Source: Candidatus Kaiserbacteria bacterium RIFCSPLOWO2_01_FULL_45_25
Lineage (GTDB): Bacteria; Patescibacteriota; Minisyncoccia; Phycocordibacterales; UBA918
DNA length: 64,000 nt
Direction of reading: 5' to 3'
Assembly (NCBI GenBank): GCA_001781415.1
Contig: MFLT01000001.1
Coordinates: forward strand, 51,600 to 115,599
Made by a program: the position numbers and the translations under genes. The stretch's first letter is position 1; every line of letters starts with the position of its first letter. A model generated the notes under the pieces. That model did not search any database. It saw only the letters and a program-made list of their open reading frames with translations, and had not been told where the DNA came from. Of this stretch, positions 16,909 through 27,900 are shown in pieces.

Positions 16909-17427
16909 ATGGTGCATCAAGACAAAATCAGTATTTTAATTACGTTTGCGGTGGGATTGGCGGCGGGGATGTATCTTTACCTAACGGGGTTTGCAACTAC
17001 TTTTAAGTTGCCGGAAGTTACTACCGAAAATGTCTATACAGAGTTTGTGGTGACGGCCGAAAATTACGGTGCTTGCCGTGAAGAGCGAACCTGTCTGACC
17101 TTCCAAGTACTAGAAAACGGCACATACCGTGCTCTATACGATGACCCGCTCGGGGGTGAGACTGTTGTGAAAGAAGGGAGAATTCCGCGTTCGATTCGTA
17201 ATGAACTTTTAAAATCACTCACTACCGAACAATTACTTTCTGATACTCGTACTTGGTCTGTACCAAACTGTCGAGATGGTGCTCTTGGCACCAACCATAA
17301 GTTCCGTATTACCCGCGATGAGGTTAATTATGAGATAGATACCTGCCAATCGGTTATTGATTATGAGGGTCCTGGCTGGAAGTCCCTTGCCAAATTGTGG
17401 AATTATTTTGCAGCTCTCGAGCGGTGA
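16909..17427 (+). CDS. Hypothetical membrane-anchored protein
   Basis: 172 aa ORF with N-terminal TM helix; no recognisable domain. Confidence 0.4.
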   Translation: MVHQDKISILITFAVGLAAGMYLYLTGFATTFKLPEVTTENVYTEFVVTAENYGACREERTCLTFQVLENGTYRALYDDPLGGETVVKEGRIPRSIRNELLKSLTTEQLLSDTRTWSVPNCRDGALGTNHKFRITRDEVNYEIDTCQSVIDYEGPGWKSLAKLWNYFAALER

Positions 17428-17508
17428 AATAAGTGATTATAGTAAACGTATGAATTAATGTGAGCAAGAGCTCACAATGAATTTTTCTAGTTAATTGGAA
17501 TCTTACAC

Positions 17509-18126
17509 ATGCCATCTAAATCATTACTTATTGCCATTGCGGCGTTTGCAGTTACTGCAACCGGTGCCCAGGCATACGTAGGGACACATTATTCACAACA
17601 ACTCGGCCTATCATCTGTACAAGTCCAGGCCTTTCACCAAGCTCGAGACCTAAGACGTAAGGGAGAGGTAGAAAAGGCTCGCGATGTGCTAGTGAAAGCT
17701 GGAGTAGATGAAGAGACAATGTCTTCACTGCGCCACGCTTCACATGAAGCTATTCGTGAGGCAGTTGAAGACAACGACTTTGCTGCTTTCCAAGCAGCGG
17801 TTGAGGGTACTCCACTTTATGACCTTGTAAACACTGAAGCGGACTTTGCGCTATTTAGGCAAGCGCACGAACTAAAGGAAGAGGGTAAGTTTATCGAAGC
17901 CAAGCTTATTTTGGACGACCTTGGTCTCCAGGCTAAGCCAGGTATGCGACATGGCCATGGTCATTTATACGGAGGAGCATTTCCTGGTTTAACAAATGAG
18001 CAAAAAGATGCTCTTCGGGCTGCCAAAGAGGCCAACGACAAGGAAACTGTAGAAGCGATTCTTCGTGAAGCAGGAATTAGTGAAACTAGAATTGAGAAGG
18101 TGCTAAATCGGCACACTTGGGAATAA
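17509..18126 (+). CDS. Hypothetical secreted alpha-helical protein with three internal ~40-aa repeats
   Basis: Signal peptide (AQA-YV); repeated R/E/K-rich helical segments; followed by terminator 18138-18169. Confidence 0.4.
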   Translation: MPSKSLLIAIAAFAVTATGAQAYVGTHYSQQLGLSSVQVQAFHQARDLRRKGEVEKARDVLVKAGVDEETMSSLRHASHEAIREAVEDNDFAAFQAAVEGTPLYDLVNTEADFALFRQAHELKEEGKFIEAKLILDDLGLQAKPGMRHGHGHLYGGAFPGLTNEQKDALRAAKEANDKETVEAILREAGISETRIEKVLNRHTWE

Positions 18127-18137
18127 TCTTTTATTAA

Positions 18138-18169
18138 GCAGCGCGTCCTTTAGGACGCGCTGCTTTTTT
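18138..18169 (+). terminator. Rho-independent terminator
   Basis: AGCAGCGCGTCC-ttta-GGACGCGCTGCT plus TTTTTT. Confidence 0.75.
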
Positions 18170-18188
18170 GGTATGATATAAAGAATTT

Positions 18189-18851
18189 ATGAATACACGC
18201 TTTCTCCCGCTCATAGTACTTACGGTTTTTTTGTTGCCCATTATTTCTCATGCTTACAATCCAACACTAAACTCAACAATTGTTCCGTACGAGCCGCAGA
18301 TTATCGATAGTACAATTAGTAATCAAGCGGAGTACCTGGGACTCTTGGCTGGCGACCCACACATGTATGAATTTACTATTGGGGAAACCGCTACGCTCAC
18401 CCTACGGGTATCACAACTAGCAACTGATACTCCAATCCCATTTTCACTCATTGCGGTGCGTGAAAACACACAGAATGCCGGAGTAGTAGAGGTTGGTCGC
18501 TTGCGAGCTGAGGACATAACTTGGGAAGAGAAGCGGGATGGGGGATTGGGGCTCACACTGGCTCATAGTTCAGTTTTTGAGACGGAGATTGGTCCAGGAG
18601 TTTACCGAGTTGAGGTTAGTACTCCAGAAAATGCCGGTGCATACATGCTCACGGTGGGAACTCTGGAAGTACCAGCTGGATATTTCAAGACTATAGCTGA
18701 TGTACGGATGGTTCAGAAATTCTTTGGAATCTCAATATTTGGAATGTTGCTCTCAACTTACGTACTCTACCCACTGGGTATTCTGGTTCTCATTGGGCTC
18801 TTTTATTACACCTGGCGTAATCGGACTCGAATTCAAAAATATGCTGCTTAA
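18189..18851 (+). CDS. Hypothetical secreted protein with C-terminal TM anchor
   Basis: Signal peptide, C-terminal hydrophobic helix plus RNRTRIQK tail. Confidence 0.4.
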   Translation: MNTRFLPLIVLTVFLLPIISHAYNPTLNSTIVPYEPQIIDSTISNQAEYLGLLAGDPHMYEFTIGETATLTLRVSQLATDTPIPFSLIAVRENTQNAGVVEVGRLRAEDITWEEKRDGGLGLTLAHSSVFETEIGPGVYRVEVSTPENAGAYMLTVGTLEVPAGYFKTIADVRMVQKFFGISIFGMLLSTYVLYPLGILVLIGLFYYTWRNRTRIQKYAA

Positions 18852-18927
18852 ATTTCTAGTTATAGCCGCCGCCGCTGCAGTTTTTGCGTACTACATGAAC
18901 CAAGCCTTTCAGGGTAATCTCTAATTC

Positions 18928-19188
18928 ATGGAAACTAACTGGTTTGTGTACATAGTGCGCTGCAAAGACGCCACACTCTACACTGGGGTTACTACTGACC
19001 CAGAAAAGCGGGTGATAGCACATAACGCCGCCAAGGCCGGAGCCAAGTACACCAAGATGAGGCGACCAGTTGAACTAGTGTATGTTGAGTCGGGATTTAA
19101 CCGTAGTGACGCCCATAAGCGGGAAGCGGTCATCAAAAAGCTAAGTAAAGCCGCCAAAGAGGAGCTTGTCTTAGGGGTGGACAAATAG
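18928..19188 (+). CDS. GIY-YIG nuclease family protein (UPF0213-like)
   Basis: WFVYIVRCKDATLYTGVTTD...R motif pattern of GIY-YIG; 86 aa. Confidence 0.65.
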   Translation: METNWFVYIVRCKDATLYTGVTTDPEKRVIAHNAAKAGAKYTKMRRPVELVYVESGFNRSDAHKREAVIKKLSKAAKEELVLGVDK

Positions 19189-19290
19189 GCATTTTATAGG
19201 TATTCTATTCAACGTTTCTGGGCGCGCCCATTTCATGAGTGCGCTCTTCTCGTTTATACGAAGCGAGTTTATTATTTTAAAATTATTTCA

Positions 19291-21078
19291 ATGTCAAAGG
19301 AGATTCGCAATATCGCCATTATTGCTCACGTGGACCATGGCAAGACTACACTTACAGATGCTCTCATGGAGCAAACTGGAGCCCGCGAAAAGGGTGCTTC
19401 AATGGATAGTAACGCGCTAGAGTTAGAGCGTGGTATTACTATTTATGCCAAGAACACCTCAGTTGAATACAAGGGTACCAAGATCAATATCGTAGACACT
19501 CCAGGCCACGCGGACTTCGGTTCAGAAGTGGAGCGTGTGCTTCGATCTATTGACTCAGTGCTTCTAGTGGTAGACGCGCAGGAAGGTCCAATGCCGCAAA
19601 CTCGCTTCGTACTCAAGAAGTCTCTTGAACTTGGTCTTAAGCCAATTGTAGTTATCAATAAGATCGATAAGCCAGCCGCTGATCCGGCTCGGGCCGAAGA
19701 ACAAGTACTTGAACTCTTTCTTGAACTTGGTGCTAATGACGAACAATCAGACTTCACTGTTGTATACGCTGTTGGACGAGATGGTACAGCTAAGCGCAAA
19801 ATGGAAGATGAGCTAAAGGACCTCTCTCCACTGCTTGATGTAATCATTGAGCAAGTTCCACCAGCTCGGGCGTACGTTCCAGGCGAAGGACTCCGTGCTC
19901 AGGTGTTTAACCTCGGCTACGACAACTTCCTTGGCCGTTTGGCTGTGGCCCGTATTTACGAAGGCTCAATGAAAGCTAATCAGCAGCTTATCGTTATGCA
20001 CGAAGGTCAGGATGAAAAGAAGAAGGGTAAGATTGTAAAGCTCTCAACCTTTAAGGGAATTTCAAAACTTGAAACTGACGAAGCTTTTGCTGGAGACATT
20101 GTGATGATTGCTGGTTTTACCGACATCAATATCGGTGACACTATGACTGATTCTGAGTCAGCAGAACCACTACCATCTATCAAGGTGGATGAGCCAACTA
20201 TTGCACTTCAATTCATGCCAAACTCATCTCCGTTTGCGGGACGAGAAGGAAAGTATGTAACATCACGACAAATCCGTGAACGACTTGAGCGTGAGCTTGA
20301 AATCAACGTAGGACTACAAGTGGACTTCTCACAGGGAGATAGTTACGAAGTACGTGGTCGTGGTGAAATGCACATTGCGATTTTGCTCGAAAACATGCGA
20401 CGTGAAGGCTATGAACTCGCCGTGTCTCAACCACAAGTAATTGTGAAGGAGATTGACGGAGTTAAGTCTGAACCGTTTGAAGAAGTTACTGTTGACGTAC
20501 CGTCTGAATTCCAGGGTGCTGTTATTGAACGTCTTGGAAACCGTGCCTTTATCATGACCAACATGATCATGCACGAAAACCAAGTTCGTATGATGTTTGA
20601 AGGACCAACTCGTGGTCTCCTTGGTTACAAGAACCAATTCATTGTTGATACTAAGGGTGAAGGTATCTTGGCTTCACGCGTGCTAGGCTTTAAGCCATAC
20701 GCTGGTGAGATTAAGAAGCGCCAAGTCGGTTCTATGATCTCTATGATTCAAGGCAAGGCTCTGGCGTTTGCACTCTTCAGTCTCCAAGACCGTGGACAGC
20801 TCTACATTGGAGCCGGTACTGAGGTATACGAAGGTATGGTGATTGGAAATACTAGTAAGGGTGAGGAAATGGTGGTAAACCCAACTAAGGGTAAGCAGCT
20901 CACCAACATGCGTGCTTCTGGTACAGATGAAGCGGTAGTGCTTGTTAATCCAAGACTTATCTCAATTGAAGTTGGGCTTGAAATCATGTCTGAAGACGAA
21001 TATCTCGAAATCACTCCACAAAGTGTCCGCCTCCGAAAGGCAAAGTTGAAGGAAGGAGAACGAAAGAAGGGAAGTTAA
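19291..21078 (+). CDS. typA: Translational GTPase TypA/BipA
   Basis: [14 protein letters not shown]1 motif, EF-G-like architecture, 595 aa. Confidence 0.9.
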   Translation: MSKEIRNIAIIAHVDHGKTTLTDALMEQTGAREKGASMDSNALELERGITIYAKNTSVEYKGTKINIVDTPGHADFGSEVERVLRSIDSVLLVVDAQEGPMPQTRFVLKKSLELGLKPIVVINKIDKPAADPARAEEQVLELFLELGANDEQSDFTVVYAVGRDGTAKRKMEDELKDLSPLLDVIIEQVPPARAYVPGEGLRAQVFNLGYDNFLGRLAVARIYEGSMKANQQLIVMHEGQDEKKKGKIVKLSTFKGISKLETDEAFAGDIVMIAGFTDINIGDTMTDSESAEPLPSIKVDEPTIALQFMPNSSPFAGREGKYVTSRQIRERLERELEINVGLQVDFSQGDSYEVRGRGEMHIAILLENMRREGYELAVSQPQVIVKEIDGVKSEPFEEVTVDVPSEFQGAVIERLGNRAFIMTNMIMHENQVRMMFEGPTRGLLGYKNQFIVDTKGEGILASRVLGFKPYAGEIKKRQVGSMISMIQGKALAFALFSLQDRGQLYIGAGTEVYEGMVIGNTSKGEEMVVNPTKGKQLTNMRASGTDEAVVLVNPRLISIEVGLEIMSEDEYLEITPQSVRLRKAKLKEGERKKGS

Positions 21079-21099
21079 AACTCCACTTAACACTAATTA

Positions 21100-21133
21100 A
21101 AAAGCACCGCACCCCGTAGGGGTGCGGTGTTTT
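21100..21133 (+). terminator. Rho-independent terminator after typA
   Basis: GCACCGCACCCC-gta-GGGGTGCGGTG plus TTTT. Confidence 0.75.
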
Positions 21134-21162
21134 GTAATACTCCATTTTAAATGGAGTATTAC
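21134..21162. repeat. Perfect 29-bp palindrome GTAATACTCCATTT-T-AAATGGAGTATTAC containing the TTTAAATGGA motif (related copies at 21792-21817 and 39342-39361)
   Basis: Base-by-base check: 14-bp arms fully complementary; lies immediately 3' of the typA terminator. Confidence 0.6.
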
Positions 21163-21231
21163 AATCAATTTGAATACTGGCAAAAATTATTTTAATAGGC
21201 TCATACCAGTATCGGGTGTAGACTTAGTGTT

Positions 21232-21750
21232 ATGCAATTAATTGGACTATTATTGACCGTCATCATCATAGGTGTGGTTTTTGCCTGGTACTCACCCAGT
21301 ACGACCACAACACCGGGAGTAGAAGAAAATACCACTACTTACAGTGAAGCGATTAATGCTGCTAAAGAAGTGGTTGAAAAAACAAATGAAGGTGGTGGCA
21401 CACAAGTGGAGGTGTACGCCGGCATTAGTGTTGGAGATTGGAGTACTGTCCTAGATTTGTCCGGCAGACAACTGACAGGCTCACTAAAAGCAGAAGTGAG
21501 ATTACTTACAGCACTGACCAAACTTAATCTTAGTGACAATCAATTTACTGGTATTCCAGCGGAGATTGGTCAGCTTAGTGAATTACGGGTACTTAATCTA
21601 GCCGGTAATCCAGTAACTGGTTTGCCACATGAGCTTGGTAATTTGCAAAAGCTTGAGGTGCTCGACCTGCGAAATACTTCATACTCGAAGCAAGACTTGG
21701 ATGTGATTGTGTCCAGGTTACCTGAAACGACAACTGTTTTAGTTGACTAG
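21232..21750 (+). CDS. Leucine-rich repeat (LRR) protein with N-terminal TM anchor
   Basis: Repeated LxxLxLxxNxxTGIP segments (LNLSDNQFTGIP, LNLAGNPVTGLP). Confidence 0.6.
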   Translation: MQLIGLLLTVIIIGVVFAWYSPSTTTTPGVEENTTTYSEAINAAKEVVEKTNEGGGTQVEVYAGISVGDWSTVLDLSGRQLTGSLKAEVRLLTALTKLNLSDNQFTGIPAEIGQLSELRVLNLAGNPVTGLPHELGNLQKLEVLDLRNTSYSKQDLDVIVSRLPETTTVLVD

Positions 21751-21760
21751 ATGGCTAACT

Positions 21761-21792
21761 AAAAACCGGCACCAAAATGTGCCGGTTTTTTG
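21761..21792. terminator. Bidirectional terminator between the convergent LRR and pseudouridine synthase genes
   Basis: AAAAA-CCGGCACcaaaatGTGCCGG-TTTTTT. Confidence 0.75.
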
Positions 21793-21813
21793 TTATTACA
21801 TTTAAATGGAATA

Positions 21814-22536
21814 CTACAGTTTGTTTTGTAGACCAAGAGTGGTCATGAGCTCCTTGAGCTCAGCTCCAGCTATCTTGCGGTACTGGTTTGGCTTGAGATC
21901 ACCTAGTTCAATATTCATAACACGCAGACGCTTGAGGGTCTGGACTTGATAGCCGAGGGCGGCACACATGCGACGAATTTGGTGCTTCTTACCTTCAGTA
22001 ATTACTAGGGTAAACTTCTTTTGGTTGCGGGGTGAGGCTACTACTGTCGCTGGTTTGGTGCGGTAGCCTTCGATGTCTACTCCGAGAGCCATTAACTTCA
22101 CAAACATGCCAGTAACTGGCTTGTCTACAGTTACTTCATATTCTTTCTCGTGATTGGCTTCTGGATCTAGGACTGGTCCAGTGATACGTCCGTCGTTAGT
22201 GAGGAGGATGAGTCCTTCTGAGTCTTTGTCTAGACGACCAAGTGGCGCTACTCCAGTAATACTGTAGTCCTTCTTGAGGCGAGTGATGATATCAACTTCA
22301 CCTTCACTTGGTGAGTGAGTGATAATACCGCGGCCTTTGTAGTAGGCGAGGTAGAGATACTTTTTGGTAGCTCCAACTACTTCTACCTTGTCTCCAGAAT
22401 TGATGTGTTGGCCTAGTACGGCTACTTTGCCGTTAACCAAGACCTTCTTATCACTAATGAGTGTATCTGCTTCACGACGTGAGGCGATTTTTTGGTCAGC
22501 GAGGTATTTATTGATACGGATAGGGGAATCTGTCAT
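21814..22536 (-). CDS. Pseudouridine synthase, RsuA/RluB family, with S4 RNA-binding domain
   Basis: N-terminal S4 domain, GRLDKDSEGLILLTNDG catalytic Asp motif. Confidence 0.75.
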   Translation of the reverse strand: MTDSPIRINKYLADQKIASRREADTLISDKKVLVNGKVAVLGQHINSGDKVEVVGATKKYLYLAYYKGRGIITHSPSEGEVDIITRLKKDYSITGVAPLGRLDKDSEGLILLTNDGRITGPVLDPEANHEKEYEVTVDKPVTGMFVKLMALGVDIEGYRTKPATVVASPRNQKKFTLVITEGKKHQIRRMCAALGYQVQTLKRLRVMNIELGDLKPNQYRKIAGAELKELMTTLGLQNKL

Positions 22537-22659
22537 AGGTCAAGATTATAGCACAAAAATTGTATTTTTCAAGGCATTCGTAATGGTTCAATAGCTTGTG
22601 AACGCTAAAGGTATAAAAAAGCGCCGGGTGGGTACCGACGCGAGTGTGGGTGGACAGAG

Positions 22660-23142
22660 TCATCTGTCAGGGTGCTTGACCTGAATGTTGATGTATCGCT
22701 CGTCGGGGTCGACCCGGCAACGACCAACTAAACCAGGTGCAACAGCTTTTTTAATCACGTCAGTCATGTCGACATCTGTGTAGTACATGCGGTTGCCCTT
22801 GAAATAGCTGAGCCTGATGTTGTATGTGGTGAACAACCTCCGGTGGCGTTGGCTATATGCGCGGGTGCACATATCGCCAGTGAACAGAGTCACTTCCCGG
22901 CCACGAGCTTTGTCCTTGAACTCATTGAACCCTAGCCAAGTTACTGAGGGATTGTCAGGATTGATTCTCTGGTCTATGGCTTGTTGCATTTCAGCCGGAT
23001 AACGCACCACAATGTGGAACGGAATCTCGGTCGGGAAGGGAACTCGCACAAACGCAGTCTGCGCTTGGGCCTCAGGCGCATCCGTAAACACGGCAAGGGT
23101 CAGGGCAAAGGCGGCGAAGAGAGAGCGGGCAAAGGTGGTCAT
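22660..23142 (-). CDS. Hypothetical secreted protein (moderately GC-elevated gene)
   Basis: Signal peptide ending AQA-QT; about 50% GC against a 42% background. Confidence 0.4.
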   Translation of the reverse strand: MTTFARSLFAAFALTLAVFTDAPEAQAQTAFVRVPFPTEIPFHIVVRYPAEMQQAIDQRINPDNPSVTWLGFNEFKDKARGREVTLFTGDMCTRAYSQRHRRLFTTYNIRLSYFKGNRMYYTDVDMTDVIKKAVAPGLVGRCRVDPDERYINIQVKHPDR

Positions 23143-23322
23143 GGCAAATCTCCAAAGGTGAAAAGAAGGAACGAGACTTTCTGAGTTTCATAGTGGGATA
23201 CTTATATGGATATGTCAATAACTTTTGTTGAGACAAAGTGCTAAAAATGGTTAAAATCACTCAAAAAATTTGCCTGGTATCTCTAATTTAGCCAAAGGTG
23301 GTAGAATTAACTCTACGCACAT

Positions 23323-23904
23323 ATGGACAATACAGAGTTCCAACTCAGTGATGAAGAAATAGTGGCTATGACTCTCCGTGAGCATAGCTCATTTGGTTTT
23401 ATTATTGAGCGCTATGAAGCCAAACTAAAGCGATACATTGGTCGACTTGGTGTGCGTAACTATGATGATCAAGCTGATGTCTTGCAGGAGATTTTTATTA
23501 AAGCCTACAAGAATTTAAACAGCTTTGATACCTCACTATCCTTTTCATCGTGGATTTATCGCATCGCCCACAATGAGGCGATTAGTTGGTACCGCAAACA
23601 CAATGTTCGTCCCGAAGGTCACCTTATAGCTGATGGTGAAGAAGTGTTGGCTCTCCTCAAGAGTAAAGAAGAGGGGGTCGAAGCAGCTTATGATAAAGAG
23701 GTAAACGCTGAGGAACTCGGGCGAGCCATGGAGGAAATTGATGAAAAGTACCGTGAGGTGCTGATTTTGCGGTATTTTGAACACAAAGAATACGAGGAAA
23801 TATCAGATATTTTGAAGATTCCAACTGGTTCGGTCGGAACCCTTATTTCCCGCGGCAAGAAACAGCTTTATAATGTACTAAACCAAAACGCCCTACGTAT
23901 ATAA
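23323..23904 (+). CDS. RNA polymerase sigma factor, sigma-70 family (ECF-like)
   Basis: Region 2 and region 4 helix-turn-helix features, 193 aa. Confidence 0.7.
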   Translation: MDNTEFQLSDEEIVAMTLREHSSFGFIIERYEAKLKRYIGRLGVRNYDDQADVLQEIFIKAYKNLNSFDTSLSFSSWIYRIAHNEAISWYRKHNVRPEGHLIADGEEVLALLKSKEEGVEAAYDKEVNAEELGRAMEEIDEKYREVLILRYFEHKEYEEISDILKIPTGSVGTLISRGKKQLYNVLNQNALRI

Positions 23905-23909
23905 CAGAT

Positions 23910-24773
23910 ATGGAAACATCACAGACAAACCAGCCAGATTTAAAGAATCAAATTCTGAGTAGAATTGAGAAGGATGCACTCTGTCCAGACTCCAGGCTCA
24001 TAATAAGTAGTAAGGAATACGCTATGTGGGGGCTGTGGTTTTTGACCGTTCTCCTCGGCGCTCTGTCTGTAGCGGTGACACTCTTTGTGCTGATGCATCG
24101 CCAGTATTCGTTCTATCAGGTCACACATACATCGTTTTTAACCTTTATGGTTGATGTCTTGCCATATCTGTGGATCGCTATGTTTTCTGTCATGGTCATC
24201 TTTGCGGTGTATAACTTTCGGCATACCAAACACGGCTATCGCTATCCGTTATGGAAGATTCTTGGTAGTAGTGTGATTTTGAGCTTGGCCGGCGGGGCTT
24301 TGCTGCACTTAGGTGGAGTTGGGTTTAGTCTAGACAGAACCATCGGTAATTTTTCTAAAGAATATACCTCACAAGAGAAGTTAGAGATGCGTTTCTGGCA
24401 AAACCCAGAAGAAGGTCGGCTGGTCGGTGTATTTCTGGGTGCTGAAGACGGCGTTCCGTTACCACTAGTGGTCCTTGAGGATGCGCGCGGTACTCGCTGG
24501 GAGATGAATGTTGCTGAATTAAATGATGTTGATATCAGAATAATTGAAAGTGGTAAGCGGGTGCGAGTGCTTGGTGTACTTGAAAATGCTTTACCAGCTC
24601 AGTTTTATGCTTGCGCCGTCTTTCCATGGATTTATGAACAGAGGTATTCAATGCACGAGCTCGGTGAAATGAAGCGGTCTATGCAGGAACGTATTTTGCG
24701 ACATACGCAGGCTTTACCTGGAGTGGTGGAAGAAGGAAAGTGCAGTCACTTGGTACTTAAAGGTGCGTTTTAA
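23910..24773 (+). CDS. Membrane protein downstream of the sigma factor; possible anti-sigma factor (by position only)
   Basis: Short cytoplasmic N-terminus, 3-4 TM helices, C-terminal soluble domain; starts 6 nt after the sigma gene. Confidence 0.3.
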   Translation: METSQTNQPDLKNQILSRIEKDALCPDSRLIISSKEYAMWGLWFLTVLLGALSVAVTLFVLMHRQYSFYQVTHTSFLTFMVDVLPYLWIAMFSVMVIFAVYNFRHTKHGYRYPLWKILGSSVILSLAGGALLHLGGVGFSLDRTIGNFSKEYTSQEKLEMRFWQNPEEGRLVGVFLGAEDGVPLPLVVLEDARGTRWEMNVAELNDVDIRIIESGKRVRVLGVLENALPAQFYACAVFPWIYEQRYSMHELGEMKRSMQERILRHTQALPGVVEEGKCSHLVLKGAF

Positions 24774-24929
24774 ATAAAAGGGCACAATTTGCTTTTATAA
24801 AAATCTGTGTCCTGAATTTACAATTGTGAAATAGAGGAGTACTATTATGCGTATCACGCGGCTCCAAACAAACCACGTGGAATTGTTAGCGTTTATCCGA
24901 GGTTTTTAGCATTTAATCTTATTATATTT

Positions 24930-27900
24930 ATGAATAATTTATACGTACAAAATAGTTCGCTCGCTCGACTTTGGGCAGCCCTTACTATGTTAGCTGTTGT
25001 TTTAAGCGCCTTCAGTGCGCCTTTTTCTGTGTTTGCACAGGAAGTGCCAGAGGTAGTAGATCCAACTCCAATTGTTGACCCAGCACCAACAGATCTTCCT
25101 GATGGAGATGTAGATGGTGACGAAGATGAAGGAGATGGATTGCCGACGACCGGAGAAGAGTCGCTTCGAACGTTTAATATGTCTACGCCAAACGGCGGAC
25201 CAAGTCCAAAGGTGACTATTTGCCATGCTAACGAAAGTAACGAGCAGGCGAACAACCCATTTACGGACAATGATGTTGATGAGGATGGTCTAAATGGTCA
25301 CGGTGACCATGCTGATGATATTATTCCAGTAACTGATGATTTTCCGAATGGTCAAAACCTAACAACAGTTTATGCTGAGTTTGGTGGATTGACTGGTCAG
25401 CAAATTCTTGATGATGAATGTGATACACCAGAAAAGGAAGTAAAAATTTCAATCACCAAGATTATCTGTGAAGATGAGACCTTGCTTCCAAATGACGGCT
25501 ATACTGAAATTACAGCCGCTACTGCCGCTAATTTCTTGGCTGAAAATCCATCTTGTTATGAAGGTGAAGGTTTTGAGTTTCAATGGGCCAAGGGTGGAGT
25601 AAATACCACTGAAGATAACAGTGGTGAACTTGGTTCACCGTGGACAACCACAGACGAAACAGACAGTAATGGTAACGTAGTCATAACTCTATCTGAAAAG
25701 GATGTCAAAAATCAAAGTAAAATTTCAGTGCGAGAAGTTTGGAGCGCAGACTACATTCCATTTACTGGAAAGAACGGCAGTAATGTTTCAGCTGAACTAT
25801 ACTGTGCCAATGATGCAGCTAATTTCGATAACTTGGAATGGGTTGGTCAGAACGGAACTCTAGCACTTGATGAGACCTATCACTGTGTAGCCTGGAATGT
25901 TCCTGTACTTGAGGAGATTGAAATGTGTAAATTTAATGCACTAGAAGCTCCAATTGCCGGCTGGGAGATGACACTAACTAATGGAGACCAGTCATACACT
26001 CTTGAAACTGGAGAAAACGGTTGTGTATCAAAGATGGTTAATCCAAATATTGGTCCATGGACAACAAGTGAAGAGATGCAAAAAGATTGGGAACAAGTTG
26101 ATGTTTCTGTTCAAAACGGTTTTATTGATACAGAAGATGAAGTAACAGAGTACTGTGTATTCTTTGATGGTGAAGTAAAGCTTCCTATCACTAACTTCGT
26201 AGAAATTCCTGATACAGATAAGAGTTGTACATTCACTAATGAATATGTTGAACCTTGTGAAGATAAGCTTGATGGGGATTGGGCTAATAGTGTAGTGACG
26301 TCTGATCAGGGACTAAAGAAGAACGGTGCAGCTATAACTGACCCAAACCGCACTGATGATGAAAAGGTGCTAGGAGTAGAGGATTGGGTAGTTAACGGTT
26401 CAACTGGTTTCTTTTCTCTTGGATTTGGAGGTTCTGTCACTGTAGAGTTTGATAACTTTGTGCCAAATGTGCTTGGTAACGACATTGCTGTGTATGAAGC
26501 AACAAACGGCACCTATCCAGCTGAAACAGCAAAGGTAGAGGTTAGTCAGAACGGTACAGATTGGGAAGAGGTTGGTACGGCAAGTAATCTAAATGTAGAT
26601 CGAATTTCAAACTTTGATTTTGATTCAACTGGATTGGCTTGGATTAAGTTTGTTCGTGTCACTGACACTTCAAACCCAGCTCTCCATGTTAATGATGCTG
26701 ACGGATTTGATGTAGACGCAATTTCTGCCACGGAGTCACTTTGTGATGAACCAGAAGGACCAAAGTTTTCTGATGTGACTATGTGTAAGATTGATGGAAA
26801 TCAAAATGCACTTTCAGGTTGGAATCTCATGCTCCTCGGAGCCGAGGTAGATACTGTTAGTGTTTCAGCTACTAATGGTGCTGGTACAGACGTAGCTTTA
26901 GCTGCTGGGCCATACGTAGCCATTGCTTCAGGTACTTGGGAAAACCACCGTACTCCGCTTAACACTGTTGATGCGGAATACTCAACTGAAGACAATTGGG
27001 CTACTAACATGGACGGATTTACTGGTTATGGAACTGAAATTCTAGAACTAAAAGTCGGTGGAGCCTTTGGAGATTGGGGTGTTTACAATAGTTTGCATCG
27101 CTACGCTCGCGCTTTCGCTCAAGTAGCGGACGGAGTTACAAACTTTGCCGTTTCTGACAGTTATTATGGCGATAACACTGGCTCACTAAACGTGGCTGTG
27201 TATGAAGGCTACGCTGGTCTAACTGGTGCAAATGGCTGCGTAGTATTTGAAGATGTACCATTTGGCACTTATAACGTCGATGAAATCATGCAAGACGGTT
27301 GGCTTAATGCTTCGGGCCTTGGTGAGGTAACAGTTGATTCTGAAACAGAAAGTTTCACTGTTATTAATCGACCTGTAGATACTCCAGCTGAGGAAGTCGC
27401 TACCGTAGTGGCACACAAGATTGTGTGTACCGACGAAGCTGAGTTGCCAAACTGGGGTGCTGCAAACCTTAATAACATCTCTTCTTCAACAGCAGCTGAT
27501 TGGGTAGCCACTCACGACTCTTGCGAATTTGAAGCTGGTTGGGAATTTGAATGGGCCCCACAAGGCACTTCAAATCCAGACAACAACCTACCAACTAGTG
27601 GCCTTTATGGTGCGGCTGGTGGAAGCTGGACAACCTTTGGTCCAACAGACGTAAATGGAAAGACTCAAGTTTCTCTCTCTGCTGCGCAAATTGCTGGTAT
27701 GAGTAACATTTGGATGCGTGAAGTGCTTAAGGATGGATATATTCCTTTCACTTATGGTCCAGGTAATCTAACTAACGAAGACGACTACTCTGCCGAAATC
27801 TACTGTCATACTGACGCGTTGAATTATGACAACTACGACCGCGTAGACGGTATTGCGGTAGATAATACTTACTACTGTGTGGCGTGGAATCACGCTGAAG

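Noticed and set aside
18700-18924. 74-aa plus-strand ORF overlapping the 3' end of the 18189-18851 gene
   Set aside because: Alternative-frame overlap with no independent support.
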